Assembly (NCBI GenBank): GCA_040389905.1
Contig: JAZJZK010000002.1
Location: 23,401 to 87,400 of the forward strand
Length of the DNA: 64,000 nt
Direction: 5' to 3'
DNA from: Gemmatimonadota bacterium
GTDB lineage: Bacteria; Gemmatimonadota; Gemmatimonadetes; Gemmatimonadales; Gemmatimonadaceae
The notes under the pieces were generated by a model. It did no database searches and was not told the DNA's origin. It saw only the letters and a list, made by a program, of their open reading frames with translations. The first letter of the stretch is position 1; each line of letters opens with the position of its first letter. Both the position numbers and the translations under genes were made by a program. Of this stretch, positions 34,297 to 44,992 are shown in pieces.

Positions 34297-35226
34297 TCAC
34301 CGCCGGGAGAGGTGAATGCCCGCGAGCATGCAACGCACCGATCCCCCCGCCAACTCGATCGTGGGGACGGAAAGGGGGAGCAATTGCGCCGAACGCGAAA
34401 TTGCCTGCCGTTGCGCGTCCGTCAAGCTTGCCGCCGCGCGCTCCGACATGGCGAGGACGCGTCCCTCCGTTGCCGACAGCTCGAGGGCATTGCCCGCGAA
34501 CTCCGTGATCTGCTGCTGGTCGAGTGCGATCACGGTGCGCCCGGTCTCCTCGAGGCGCGCCCGTACCTCCGCACGCCGCTTATCGTCGGCGATGAGGTCG
34601 AGGCCGACGAGCGCGAACTCAGTCGCGACGCACATCATGACGTTCGTATGGTAGATCGCGTGACCGGAGCGATCCGCCGTCGCGAACGCCATCGGTTCGA
34701 AGTTGAAGTGCGTGCAGAAGCGCTCGAGCGCGATCGGATCGGCGCGGTTGGACTTCGCCGTGTAGGCGATGCGCGCGCCGTGATCGAGCACCATCGCCCC
34801 CGTACCTTCGAGAAACACGCCATCGTACTCGAGACCGGAGTAGTCGATGACGTCCTGGACGCGATACTCGGACTTGAGCATCTCGATGATGTCGGAGCGC
34901 CGCTCACGCCGCCTGCTGGGTGAGTACATCGGGTACAGCGCCACATGTCCGCCGGGATGCGTCGAGAACCAGTTGTTCGGGAACACGGAATCCGGGGTCT
35001 GTCGCTCACCGTGGTCGTCGAAGACGTGAACGTGCACGCCGACGTCGGTGAGTCGAGCCGCGGCGATCGTGACTTCGTCGCGGGCGAGACGGGCGATGTC
35101 GGCCGCAGTGCCGTCGGCACTCGTCCGCTGGAAGGCGTTGTCCGCGGCCGTTTCGGGATTCGGATGAAAGCGATGCGGGCGGATCATGACGACGGCCCGC
35201 GGGGCCTGCAGGGAGTTGATATGCAT
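34297..35226 (-). CDS. ctlX: Amidinotransferase-fold hydrolase, citrulline utilization CtlX-like
   Basis: VVMIRP..F..NPETAADNAFQ, PDSVFPNNWFSTH, LEGTGAMVLD, YHTNVMM, GGSVRCM. Confidence 0.88.
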   Translation of the reverse strand: MHINSLQAPRAVVMIRPHRFHPNPETAADNAFQRTSADGTAADIARLARDEVTIAAARLTDVGVHVHVFDDHGERQTPDSVFPNNWFSTHPGGHVALYPMYSPSRRRERRSDIIEMLKSEYRVQDVIDYSGLEYDGVFLEGTGAMVLDHGARIAYTAKSNRADPIALERFCTHFNFEPMAFATADRSGHAIYHTNVMMCVATEFALVGLDLIADDKRRAEVRARLEETGRTVIALDQQQITEFAGNALELSATEGRVLAMSERAAASLTDAQRQAISRSAQLLPLSVPTIELAGGSVRCMLAGIHLSRR

Positions 35227-35313
35227 ACAGTTGGGCTGAGGATGCGGGCAGTTGAAAGTTCGATCGATGACACGGTACTGGACAACCCTGCGTGAGTCGT
35301 GCCTCTTCACCGC

Positions 35314-36615
35314 ATGACAGACCACGACCCATCGCGCCGTGAGTTTCTTGCCTTTCTAGCGGGCAGTCCCTTGCTCGCCGCGGCGGGACTCGATTCAGAC
35401 TTCGTCACGCGTCTCGTCGCCAATGACTCACGCCGGAGCACGGACGCTCTGGCACTCGCGCACCGCCTCGTCGAACAGAATCAGGCGCCAACTCCGATCC
35501 GATCCGCAAACGAAGCGTTGAGCGTCTTCGATTTCGAACCGGTCGCCAAACAGAAGATTCCCGTGGCGCATTGGGGGTACCTGAGCACTGGTACCGACGA
35601 TGACGGCACCATTCGCGCGAACCGCGAAGGCTTCGACCGCTGGGCATTGCGGCCCCGCCGGCTCGTCGAGGTGAGCCGAGTCGACGCCGGTGTCACATTG
35701 TTCGGAAATCGCTATCCAACGCCGATCGTCATCAACCCCGTCGGCAGCCAGAAGGCGTTTCATCCCGATGGGGAGATCGCGGTGGCGCGCGCGGCGAAGG
35801 CGCGCGATCACCTGATGGTCTTGTCCACTGTGGCGACGACGTCAATCGAGGACGCGATTGCCGCGCGCGGGGCCCCCGTGTGGTTCCAACTCTATCATCA
35901 GTCCGACTGGGCCATCACGCGGCAGATCATCCAGCGGGTCGAGCGTGCGGGTGCGCCGGCCATCGTGTTCACTGTCGACCTGATCGGCGGGAGCAATCGC
36001 GAGACGATGCTTCGTGAGGCGCGTCGCGATGCGCGCACCTGCAAGAACTGTCATCTCGGGGGCGCACCACTTCCCGGTTTGACGGGGAAGGTCGACGTCG
36101 ATCGCGACAATCGTCGCAAGCCGAATCTGTATGGTTACGAAAAGCGCACTCCGATTCCCGAGGTTGGCACCCCAACGTGGGAGTACGTCGACCGGATCCG
36201 AAACGCGACCCAGATGAAGGTGCTCGTGAAAGGCATCGTCACGCGAGAGGATGCGGAGATCGCCGTGCAACACGGCGTCGACGGACTCTTCGTATCGAAC
36301 CACGGCGGCCGAGCGGACAATTCGTTGCGCGCAACGGTGACGTCGCTCCCCGAGGTTGTTCAGGGAGTGGCGGGAAGAATTCCGCTCATCTGCGACGGCG
36401 GTTTCCGGCGTGGCACCGACATCTTCAAGGCGATGGCACTCGGCGCGACGGCCATCGGAATCGGTCGGCCGTACATCTGGGGGCTCGGCGCGTTCGGGCA
36501 GGAGGGCGTCGACGCCGTGTTGGCGATCCTGCGGAAGGAATTCGAGGTTGTCATGCGGCAGAGCGGTACGACTACCATCAGCGCGATCACGCGCAATCAT
36601 GTCGTGGTGCGTTAG
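35314..36615 (+). CDS. FMN-dependent alpha-hydroxy acid oxidase/dehydrogenase with Tat signal and CxxCH motif
   Basis: SRREFL, WFQLY, TVD, VKGI, SNHGGR, DGGFRRGTD, GRP; CKNCH in the variable loop. Confidence 0.9.
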   Translation: MTDHDPSRREFLAFLAGSPLLAAAGLDSDFVTRLVANDSRRSTDALALAHRLVEQNQAPTPIRSANEALSVFDFEPVAKQKIPVAHWGYLSTGTDDDGTIRANREGFDRWALRPRRLVEVSRVDAGVTLFGNRYPTPIVINPVGSQKAFHPDGEIAVARAAKARDHLMVLSTVATTSIEDAIAARGAPVWFQLYHQSDWAITRQIIQRVERAGAPAIVFTVDLIGGSNRETMLREARRDARTCKNCHLGGAPLPGLTGKVDVDRDNRRKPNLYGYEKRTPIPEVGTPTWEYVDRIRNATQMKVLVKGIVTREDAEIAVQHGVDGLFVSNHGGRADNSLRATVTSLPEVVQGVAGRIPLICDGGFRRGTDIFKAMALGATAIGIGRPYIWGLGAFGQEGVDAVLAILRKEFEVVMRQSGTTTISAITRNHVVVR

Positions 36616-36625
36616 GGTGGTGGCG

Positions 36626-37717
36626 TCAGTCGTTGCGGTCGATGGGAAATGCGGCACGCAGGACGTCGTCGTACACCGCCGCGCGCTTGTCCCACGTATG
36701 GTGCGCGAGGATGTAGCGTTGCGCGGCGTCCCTGTCCCAGTACTGCCGGGATGCCTCGATGACACGCGCGGTCATATCTTCGATGTCGCCATTGGCAACG
36801 ACATACCCCAGGCCGGAGGCGTGCACGACATGGTCGTTTGGAAAACCGGACTCGCTCACAACGGGAAGCCCCGCGCGCAGGTAATAGTAGATCTTGGTGC
36901 TCTCGTTGTTATGCATCCACGGGCCTGCCGACACGACGACGCCGACGTCGGCACAACGCATGTGATCCCATGCTGATTCATGCGGCACGCTACCAAGGTG
37001 CGTGACGAATCGCGGGTCGAGCTTCGAGCGATCGCCTCCGCCAAGAACGTAGAGGCTTCCCCGGCTGGCGATTCGCGCGCCGAGCTCGTTCAGCTTTTGC
37101 GAGAGGACTCGCGTGGCCTCCGGTTGATTGTTGTACAGGTTCCCGGAAAAGACGCAACGGATTCCTCGTCGCGGGGGAAAAGGATCCGGCCCCAAGGGAG
37201 GCAACTCGGCATCGGTCGCACCGGGAACGAGGAGAAAGCCCGCGTGCGCGCCGATGGACTGTTCCCAGAGCGTTTGCGCCGGCGGCGAGAGCACGGTGAT
37301 GTGCCGCGCCCGCGCGTGAATGTCGCGTTGGACCTCGAACATCCGTCGACGTTGGGCGCCGTAGAAGTAGATGCCGGCCATGTCCGCCGGCCCAACGACC
37401 GAGCCAAGTTTCGCGATGATGAACGGATGGTCGGCGCCGCCCCGGTGCCGCAGCGTGGTGAACCCCTGGTGGAAGAGTGTCTTCACGACGTCGTACTCGT
37501 TCCAGCGAACACTCCCCAGTGGAATCCGGCGAAGATTCGGGGCCATCTGCACCGGGCGCCGATTCAGGCGAAAGGTGAACTCCGCGCTCGCGATGTCGAC
37601 CTGATGTCCGCAGCGCGCGAGGGCCTCGGACATCCTGATCCATCGGATGTGGGCCATGTCTCGCGGCTGGCGGAAGATGTCCCGCTCTGTGTTGTAGACC
37701 GTAACGATTCTCGCCAT
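36626..37717 (-). CDS. Glycosyltransferase (GT-B fold)
   Basis: HLGSVPH, ADVGV, KIYYYLRAGLPVV, HTWDKRA. Confidence 0.8.
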   Translation of the reverse strand: MARIVTVYNTERDIFRQPRDMAHIRWIRMSEALARCGHQVDIASAEFTFRLNRRPVQMAPNLRRIPLGSVRWNEYDVVKTLFHQGFTTLRHRGGADHPFIIAKLGSVVGPADMAGIYFYGAQRRRMFEVQRDIHARARHITVLSPPAQTLWEQSIGAHAGFLLVPGATDAELPPLGPDPFPPRRGIRCVFSGNLYNNQPEATRVLSQKLNELGARIASRGSLYVLGGGDRSKLDPRFVTHLGSVPHESAWDHMRCADVGVVVSAGPWMHNNESTKIYYYLRAGLPVVSESGFPNDHVVHASGLGYVVANGDIEDMTARVIEASRQYWDRDAAQRYILAHHTWDKRAAVYDDVLRAAFPIDRND

Positions 37718-37734
37718 TCGCTGGGCACTGAACG

Positions 37735-38985
37735 TTGAGCACTCCGGTGAGGGACATCGGCGAGACGTCACACCGGCCACGCGTCGCATTTCTGGCCCGC
37801 AACATGATGGTTGGGGGCGCAGAACGCACCTATCTCAATCTGGCGAATCACACGCGGCACGTAACGCCAGTGCTCGTTCTACTCGAACGGCGAGGTGACC
37901 TACTCCGCCAGCTGTCAGCGGATCTGGATGTTCGCTCGCTCGCCGGCAACGAGGCCAACGACTCCGGCACACCGGAATTGCTGCAACGAATTCCCGGCGC
38001 GTCAATCCCACAACTCCTGCGCGAATGCCGGCGCCTGACAACACTCGTTGACACGCTGGACATCCGCGTGGTGTCCTCCTTTGTCATGCGAACGCACCTG
38101 ATCGCGTTGATGGTCAAGCAGTTATTTCGTCCGGAGTTGCGCGTGGTGCTGAACATCCATGAGCACATGTCGGAGTCTCTCGGCTATCTCTACCCAACGC
38201 CGCGCTCCCGCCTCGCCGCACGGTGGGTCGCCACGCAGCTGTTTCCACGCGCAGACCGGATTGTCGTCGTCGCAGATGAACTGAAGCGCGATCTTGCGGC
38301 GAACTTCGGAGCCTCCCCGCGCCTGATTGCGGTTCACCGCAATCCGGTCGACCTCGAAGGAATTCGCGCGCTCTCCCGAGAGCCGGTGTCGCCTTTCTTT
38401 CCCGACGACGACAACCGGCCGATGATCTGCGCCCTGGGCCGAGTCGTGTACCTCAAGGGTATCGACATACTCCTGAACGCAATGGCGGCGCTGAGGCCAA
38501 CACTGGCCACGCGACTCATTGTCGTTGGCGATGGCCCCGAGCGAGAAAGGCTTTCCGGACAGGCCCGTCAACTTGGGTTGGAGGACGCCGTCCGCTTCGT
38601 GGGATGGCAAAGCAACCCGTGGCGCTACCTCGCGCGCGCGAATGTGCTCGCCCTTTGCTCGCGAACAGAGGCTTTCCCGAATGCACTGGTGGAGGCGATG
38701 GCGCTCGGCATCCCTACCGTCGCCGTCGAGTGCACTGCGGGAATCCGGGAATGTCTGGACGACGGCGATGCGGGCCTCTTGGTTCCACCCAATGACGGGC
38801 CTGCGCTCAGCAGAGCGCTTCACCGTGTGCTCACCGAGCCGGCGCTCGCCGCGTCCCTCTCCCAGCGGGGCACTGCTCACGTGGCCCAGTTCGGTCTCGC
38901 ATCACGGGTCGCGGACTACGAGGCGATGCTATTGGAGCAGCTCACACCGTCCTCGCCGCGAGGTAAACGGACTCCCGTGCGTTGA
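37735..38985 (+). CDS. Glycosyltransferase family 4
   Basis: GGAER, NPVD, GR...KG, VGDGPER, EAFPNALVEAMALG. Start uncertain. Confidence 0.9.
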   Translation: MSTPVRDIGETSHRPRVAFLARNMMVGGAERTYLNLANHTRHVTPVLVLLERRGDLLRQLSADLDVRSLAGNEANDSGTPELLQRIPGASIPQLLRECRRLTTLVDTLDIRVVSSFVMRTHLIALMVKQLFRPELRVVLNIHEHMSESLGYLYPTPRSRLAARWVATQLFPRADRIVVVADELKRDLAANFGASPRLIAVHRNPVDLEGIRALSREPVSPFFPDDDNRPMICALGRVVYLKGIDILLNAMAALRPTLATRLIVVGDGPERERLSGQARQLGLEDAVRFVGWQSNPWRYLARANVLALCSRTEAFPNALVEAMALGIPTVAVECTAGIRECLDDGDAGLLVPPNDGPALSRALHRVLTEPALAASLSQRGTAHVAQFGLASRVADYEAMLLEQLTPSSPRGKRTPVR

Positions 38986-39766
38986 GGCCGTGAATGTTTG
39001 GTGCGCCGCCAAACCCCGTTGGGTTCGTGACCCAGCGGAACACCGTCACCGCGAAACCTGCCCCGGCAAGCCGGCTGCGATAGTCGGCAGCGTAGATGCG
39101 CACGTGATCTTCCTGGCCGAAGGCCTGCTCCCGACCCGCCGTCGACGTGATTGACGGATCCTCGTACGTGTGTTCGAGCGTCTCCGAGAGCGGGACCTGA
39201 AGAATGGCCCAGCCCCCCGGTTTCAGCACTCGATGGAGTTCGGACATCGCGCGACGGTCGTCGGGGATGTGTTCAAGCACGTGGTTGCAGAGAATGACGT
39301 CGAAGGTGGCGTCGGGAAACTGGATGTCGGTGACGTCCATCCGGATCATGACTTCGGAGGGGTCGAGATCGGCCGACAGGTAATCGATATTCGCGCTGGC
39401 CCGCAGCGCGGCCGCGAGTCTGGGTTCCGGCGCCACGTGCAGCACCTTCTGTGGCTTCGCGAAGAGATCCGTTTGCTGAAGGAGATAGAGATAAAGGAGT
39501 CGCTCGCGATCCAGGGAACGACAGACGGGACAGCGCGCCTGTTCCCGATACCCACCGCCCACCACCGCAAGCTCCTGCAGCACGGGGAAGGTGGCTCCGA
39601 AGGGAACGAAGCGTCGAAGCCGCGCGCGACAGAAGGGGCACACGTACCGAAGTCCAAACGAAGACAGCTTCCTGAGCGCAGTTCTCGTCTTCGCACCCAG
39701 TGCTCTGCGCAGGCGCCACACAATGGCATCTCTCACGACGGCATTCTGGAGAAAAGAAGCGCACAA
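38942..39766 (-). CDS. Class I SAM-dependent methyltransferase with two CxxC motifs
   Basis: CPFC, CPVCRSLDRER, LHVAPE, FDVILCNHVLEHIPDD, RVLKPGG, FGQEDHVR. Start uncertain. Confidence 0.85.
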   Translation of the reverse strand: MCASFLQNAVVRDAIVWRLRRALGAKTRTALRKLSSFGLRYVCPFCRARLRRFVPFGATFPVLQELAVVGGGYREQARCPVCRSLDRERLLYLYLLQQTDLFAKPQKVLHVAPEPRLAAALRASANIDYLSADLDPSEVMIRMDVTDIQFPDATFDVILCNHVLEHIPDDRRAMSELHRVLKPGGWAILQVPLSETLEHTYEDPSITSTAGREQAFGQEDHVRIYAADYRSRLAGAGFAVTVFRWVTNPTGFGGAPNIHGLNARESVYLAARTV

Positions 39767-39781
39767 TGCAATCTTGTGCCC

Positions 39782-40645
39782 GTGAGCACGAGCGCGCGGG
39801 TCCTCTCACTGCACGGAGTCGCCACGAATGTGGACCACCGACTGTTCTCCTTTCGCAACATGTGCGAGGAGAATGATCTTGGGCGCTTCCTACGCGCCGC
39901 CGCCCCCTTCGTTCCACTTGCTAACGCACTTACCGGCAAGGGCATTGGGCTGACGATCGACGACGCCACAGGCGGCGCGGCGGCGGCGGCGATGCTGGCA
40001 AGGAATCTTGGACACGCCGTGACGCTGTTCGTGAACCCCGAGCAGGTCGAACTCGGCACGCCGCACTCCTTTCTCGTCATGCATCTCATGCTCGACACGC
40101 TTGGCGGCCGGCCGGTGTCGCTCTGGGGAGAACGGTATCCTAGCAGAAGCAAGGCGAACCGACAGCAGTTGCACTCGGCAATCAAGACGCGCCTTCGGGC
40201 GATCGTGGACGAACGCGCGCGGCTCGCGATGCTCTCAGACCTCGGTGCGGAATGGGGAACGGCTCGGTTCACGGTGCCGCCTCACCTGCGGACCTTGACG
40301 CGCGACGACCTGATCGCCCTGCGCGATGCGGGGGTCGACATTCAGAACCATGGCTGGTCACACACCTCGCATCGCGACTTATCGGCGCAGGATAGCGCGC
40401 GGGAAATCGCGAGTGGTCGTGCGTGGCTGCAACGTGAACTCCGTGTCGACGCACCGTTGTTCGCGGTCCCATTCGGCGACGACCTTCCGCATCCGTCCGT
40501 GTCAGCGGACTGTACGACCTGGTTCAGCCTTCATCCCGCACTGGCCTCAGGGTGGCTGGCACCGGACGTGTTCAATCGTGATGTGTTGGACGTGACTCCG
40601 CCGCGCTCGTCATGGCGGCGCTGGTGGGAGCGCCGATTCCACTGA
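39782..40645 (+). CDS. Polysaccharide deacetylase family protein
   Basis: LTIDDA, TLFVNP, NHGWSH, FAVPFG; GTG start inferred. Confidence 0.82.
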   Translation: MSTSARVLSLHGVATNVDHRLFSFRNMCEENDLGRFLRAAAPFVPLANALTGKGIGLTIDDATGGAAAAAMLARNLGHAVTLFVNPEQVELGTPHSFLVMHLMLDTLGGRPVSLWGERYPSRSKANRQQLHSAIKTRLRAIVDERARLAMLSDLGAEWGTARFTVPPHLRTLTRDDLIALRDAGVDIQNHGWSHTSHRDLSAQDSAREIASGRAWLQRELRVDAPLFAVPFGDDLPHPSVSADCTTWFSLHPALASGWLAPDVFNRDVLDVTPPRSSWRRWWERRFH

Positions 40646-41998
40646 CGAGAACTCGCCGCCACCGGAGAGAGACTGAAAGAGCCGCACGCGTGCAGCCACG
40701 GTCCGTGCGCTATCGAAGCGCGTTTCGACTTTTCGACATGCCGCGGCGCCAAGTGCGCGCCGGAGCGCCGGGTCGTTCGCCAGTCGTTCGATCGCGTCTG
40801 CCAGGGCCTCGTCGTCTCCCGGCGGCAACAGCAGCCCATCGATGCCATCATCGACGATCTCTGGAATTGCGCCGCTCGTCGTCGAAATCACCGGCAGACC
40901 GGCCGCCATGGCTTCGATGAGGCTGTTCGGGGTAATGTCGTGTGAGCCGTCGCGAGCCCGCACGCATGGGAGAACGAAGAGATCGGCGCGCGAGAGCGCG
41001 TCGAGAACGGTTGCAAACGGCTGTGCGCCACGAAAGTGCACGATGGAGTGCAGGTCGAGCGCGGTGTGCATCATCCGCAGCTCGAGCCACGTGACAATGT
41101 CGTCGGGCTCCATTGGGCCGCCGATGATTTCGCACGTGAACGCAAGCCCGCGCTCGCGGAGCCGGTGACAGGCGCGCAGCAGGTGTCGAAACCCTTTCGG
41201 CTCGACCAGACGGCCAACCGCGAGGATTCGGAACGGGGCCTCGTGCGATTGCATCGCGAGGGCGCGAAAGGGCGCCAGGACAAGACTGTCGTAGATGACG
41301 TGAATGGGTGGAGTGCGTAGCCCCTGCATTTGCGCCGCGAGATGCCGCGCGTTGTACTGGGAGTTCGTGACGATGAACGCTCCGAAACGAAGCCGATCGG
41401 CGATCTGCGGCGCTTGTGCAAACCGGTGAATCTCCGAGGCGCGGGCCTGCACGCTGAAGGTTGCACCGATCAGGCGTGAGGCGACAAAGGAAATCAAGGC
41501 ATACCGGTCCGCCCACGTGGAATGCACATGCGTGATGCCGTGCGACGACAGCACGGTCGCGAGTTGTGCTGCCTCGATGACGATTTCGCGGTCACGCCAC
41601 CATGGCCAGTGGAGCAGTGCGCCATGTCGGATGACGAACAGGACGAGGCGAACGACCGTCCAGGGCGTGCGCCGCGCATAGGCGCGAATGGCCGCTTTTC
41701 CGACGGCGTCGTCGATGGGTCCGAAGTAGACCGTGCCAGGAGAAGAGTCGGTCGCACCAGGCACGTCGGGTTGATCGCCGGATTCGACCGCAAATACCAG
41801 AACCGAAACGCCTGCCTCGCGAAGCGTCTCAACTTCGCGGCGCACGAACGTCTGCGAGAGCCAGGGATATCGCCACAAGACGTATGCGATGCGACCGGGA
41901 CCAGCGTGCGGCCGCCGGCTCCGCGCACGAAGTCCGTCGAACGACGAACGCACGAGGACCGAACCAAGCATCCGGTAGAACGCGTCGAACGTCACCAT
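40610..41998 (-). CDS. Glycosyltransferase family 4 (WcaL-like)
   Basis: YP.LSQTFVRREV, VGRLVEPKG, PNSLIEAMAAGLPV. Confidence 0.88.
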   Translation of the reverse strand: MVTFDAFYRMLGSVLVRSSFDGLRARSRRPHAGPGRIAYVLWRYPWLSQTFVRREVETLREAGVSVLVFAVESGDQPDVPGATDSSPGTVYFGPIDDAVGKAAIRAYARRTPWTVVRLVLFVIRHGALLHWPWWRDREIVIEAAQLATVLSSHGITHVHSTWADRYALISFVASRLIGATFSVQARASEIHRFAQAPQIADRLRFGAFIVTNSQYNARHLAAQMQGLRTPPIHVIYDSLVLAPFRALAMQSHEAPFRILAVGRLVEPKGFRHLLRACHRLRERGLAFTCEIIGGPMEPDDIVTWLELRMMHTALDLHSIVHFRGAQPFATVLDALSRADLFVLPCVRARDGSHDITPNSLIEAMAAGLPVISTTSGAIPEIVDDGIDGLLLPPGDDEALADAIERLANDPALRRALGAAACRKVETRFDSARTVAARVRLFQSLSGGGEFSSVESALPPAPP

Positions 41999-43074
41999 TC
42001 GACGTTGGCGCGATGCCGCAGTCCGCCACGTGCGATGTCTACTACCTGCGCGCGCAGGAGCTCCCGCCATCCGGCCTGGGAGCGTAGGCTGAGCCGAATA
42101 AACCTCCCCAACATCGCCTCATCACGCGTGGCACCTGCGCCATCTCTCGCGTCCATGAGGACGCCGCGCCCAAGGGCAACTTTGGCGACGAGCGCGCGCC
42201 AATCGTGCCCAGCACCCGTCGACTGCGCGATGATGTCTCGCAACGTCGCGCCGGCCCGATTCTGGGCTACACACTTCCCCGCCGCGAGAAAAGCACGATA
42301 GACATCGCGCAGCCGTTCGTGGCGCTGCAGGGGCAACAGGCCGGGAAGCACGGCGGTTCCGTCTCCGACAAGCCAGTTCGCCAGTTCCTCAGCGCGAGGA
42401 TCAACCGACGACGGCTTCAACTCGTCTTGGGTAAACGAGGCGAACACGCCGTAACCCAGAGCCAACTGGGCCAGCAGCGACTGCGGGTGCCTGTTACCCT
42501 CGAGGTCTCCCATCCAGGTGAATAGTCCGGAGCGCGCGCCGCGATATCGAATGCGTGCACCTTCGAGCACGAATTTTCTCAACGTGTACGACGGCGTGTA
42601 ATCGGGCCGGTGCTCCCCCACGGTGGGGCGCGCCGCTCCTCGCTCGGCGCTCGGATCTTCGACGTACACTGTATGCCAACCGAACCGCTGCACGAGCGCA
42701 ACAAAGTCGGTCTCCGGTGCGATGGAGTCGGGCTTCTGTGCGACGCGAAAGCACTCGGTGCGAAGCAGTCTGATCCCGACAACCTGGCCACAGAGCGGAT
42801 CGCGCAATTCTGCGACGACAATTCCCGTGTCGTCCCGCATGCGTCCGAGAAGGCGTTCGACACAGTCCTCATCCAGGATCATGTCCGCGTCGACATAGAT
42901 GAAAAAGGGCGTCACCACGCGACGTGCGCCTTCGTTCGCCGCGCGGGAGTACGGCGACACGTTCTCGATGACGATCGTCTCGTGAACGGGAACGGTCTGT
43001 GCCGCAATGCTGCCGAGGGCGCGCTGCACGAACGGCTCGCCGACGGAGAGAACGACGGCCGTGACGTCGCTCAT
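41992..43074 (-). CDS. Glycosyltransferase family 2-like
   Basis: SIAAQT, AANEGA, YVDADM DxD motif. Confidence 0.75.
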   Translation of the reverse strand: MSDVTAVVLSVGEPFVQRALGSIAAQTVPVHETIVIENVSPYSRAANEGARRVVTPFFIYVDADMILDEDCVERLLGRMRDDTGIVVAELRDPLCGQVVGIRLLRTECFRVAQKPDSIAPETDFVALVQRFGWHTVYVEDPSAERGAARPTVGEHRPDYTPSYTLRKFVLEGARIRYRGARSGLFTWMGDLEGNRHPQSLLAQLALGYGVFASFTQDELKPSSVDPRAEELANWLVGDGTAVLPGLLPLQRHERLRDVYRAFLAAGKCVAQNRAGATLRDIIAQSTGAGHDWRALVAKVALGRGVLMDARDGAGATRDEAMLGRFIRLSLRSQAGWRELLRAQVVDIARGGLRHRANVEW

Positions 43075-44225
43075 CCAACCACCTCCGGCACGAACGGACG
43101 CGTGAATGCCGCCACCAATGCCATCAGCTCGTCGTACGAAGAATTCCGCAACGCACCCGCGAGGTTGTCATCGTACTTGTGCGCGATCCCGCGGAGAATG
43201 CATGCCGCCATCGTCTCCGCGTTGAACGGATCTGCGAGGAGCTCTGAATGGCAGAGCTCCCAGTTTCCACAGTTCCGCGACGCGACGACGTTGCTGCCCA
43301 TGACAGCGCCTTCGAACAGAATGCCAGGCGCGGCGTCGATTCGCGATGGGCAAACCACACACCGCGCGCGTCCGATCAGCTCGAACATCGCGCGTCGATC
43401 GCCAAGGAACCCGTGATGCGCAACGGACGGCAGGGTGAACGGAACGCGACCCACGATGTGCGTGCGCACGTCGCCAAGGATGCGGACGAGAGCCTTCACG
43501 AGATCATATCCCTTCTCCGCGCGCGCCCAATCGCTCGCGATGAACAACACGTCGATATCGCGATCGCCAAAGGGGCGCGCCAGGTGGTGCCACACTGCTG
43601 CACCGGCGCTGATCCATTCCGCGAATGAGATGACGTTGGGATACACTCTTCCCAGTGCCGTAGGAAAGAACCGCGTGATCATTTCCAGCGTCTGCGCAGA
43701 ATGCGTCACGACAAGATCGCACGCCCTGACAGCATCGTCTTCACCGCGATGAATGATGCGTGGTGCCAGCGTTCCGTTCGCCAACATGCTGCCGAGCGCG
43801 ACGGCATCCGCCGCTCGGCCCGTGGTGACGTACTCCTGTGCCTGACTACAATTGCCGGTCAGGAAAACGGTGCGCCTTTCCGGGGCAGCGCGCTTGAGTT
43901 GCCGTGCGGCCCGAAAGCCGAACCCCAGCGCGACATCGGCGTTGAGCGTTGTCATCAACGTGCTCAACTCCGGCTGCGGCACGTGCGGTGACTCGCGAAG
44001 CCAGCACAGATGCGTATTCGGCAGCGCATCGGGGTTACCAGGATGCTCGCCAAACGCAGCGCGAACGGACGGCGCATCCTCCGGTTCGATGACCGTGAGG
44101 TAGTGCGCATCTTGGCCCTCGGCGAGCATGTGGCGAAAGAGATCATACGCCGCCGTACTCAATCCGCCCACCGTCGGCACCTCGGCGGCGCCGAGTAGCA
44201 AGCGCGGAGGCCGTTGCGCGGACAT
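43071..44225 (-). CDS. Glycosyltransferase (GT4-like)
   Basis: EKGYD, CPSRIDAAPGILFEGAVMG. Confidence 0.75.
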   Translation of the reverse strand: MSAQRPPRLLLGAAEVPTVGGLSTAAYDLFRHMLAEGQDAHYLTVIEPEDAPSVRAAFGEHPGNPDALPNTHLCWLRESPHVPQPELSTLMTTLNADVALGFGFRAARQLKRAAPERRTVFLTGNCSQAQEYVTTGRAADAVALGSMLANGTLAPRIIHRGEDDAVRACDLVVTHSAQTLEMITRFFPTALGRVYPNVISFAEWISAGAAVWHHLARPFGDRDIDVLFIASDWARAEKGYDLVKALVRILGDVRTHIVGRVPFTLPSVAHHGFLGDRRAMFELIGRARCVVCPSRIDAAPGILFEGAVMGSNVVASRNCGNWELCHSELLADPFNAETMAACILRGIAHKYDDNLAGALRNSSYDELMALVAAFTRPFVPEVVG

Positions 44226-44230
44226 CGATC

Positions 44231-44992
44231 TTACGCGCGTGGCGTCGCCGACTGGGCCGCGAGGTATTCCTCGACGACCGTCGCGCTCGCACCGAATGCC
44301 CTGATCTGGCCGCGGTCGATCCACAGCGTCCGCGAACAGAACGATCGCGCGAATGCCATGTCATGTGTCGCCACCAGAAAGGTGCGCGACGCGTTTTGCG
44401 GTTCATCGAAGAACGCACGACACTTCTCGCGAAACGACACGTCACCTGCCGACAGCGCCTCATCGATGAGAAAGATGTCCGTTCCGATGTACCGGACGAT
44501 GGAGAATGCCAGCCGTGCCCGCGTGCCCGTCGAGAGCGTCTTCAGCGTCGCGTGCTCGTAGCCGGAAATCCCTGCCCATTCGAGGACCTCGGGAAAAATG
44601 GCACGCACACGTTTCGGCTCGATGCCGTAAATGGCGCCGTACATCAGTGTGTTGTCCAACACGCTGACGTCGTCGATCATGCCGACACCCAGCGCCGTCA
44701 AGTGGACCATCTCTCCTTTGACCGCAACGGAACCGGAGGTTGGGCGGAGCAAGCCGGCAACGATGCGCAGCATCGTACTCTTGCCGGCGCCATTGTTTCC
44801 GATCACGGCAATCTTCTCACCGCGTACTACGGACACGTTGATGCGTTCCAGTGCCGGCCGTCGAGCGGGTTCTGGAGGCCGGCCTCGTACCGCGTCTCGG
44901 AGGACACGAAAGAGCGTGCGGCGTTCACGCTGTGGGCGGAACGCCTTGGTGACGTCGCGCACGTGGATGACGACATCGTTCGCCGCCGGCAC
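44231..44992 (-). CDS. wzt: Polysaccharide ABC exporter ATP-binding subunit (Wzt/TagH-like)
   Basis: GNNGAGKST, LSTGTRARLAF, IDEALSAGD..F, ATHD. Confidence 0.88.
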   Translation of the reverse strand: MPAANDVVIHVRDVTKAFRPQRERRTLFRVLRDAVRGRPPEPARRPALERINVSVVRGEKIAVIGNNGAGKSTMLRIVAGLLRPTSGSVAVKGEMVHLTALGVGMIDDVSVLDNTLMYGAIYGIEPKRVRAIFPEVLEWAGISGYEHATLKTLSTGTRARLAFSIVRYIGTDIFLIDEALSAGDVSFREKCRAFFDEPQNASRTFLVATHDMAFARSFCSRTLWIDRGQIRAFGASATVVEEYLAAQSATPRA

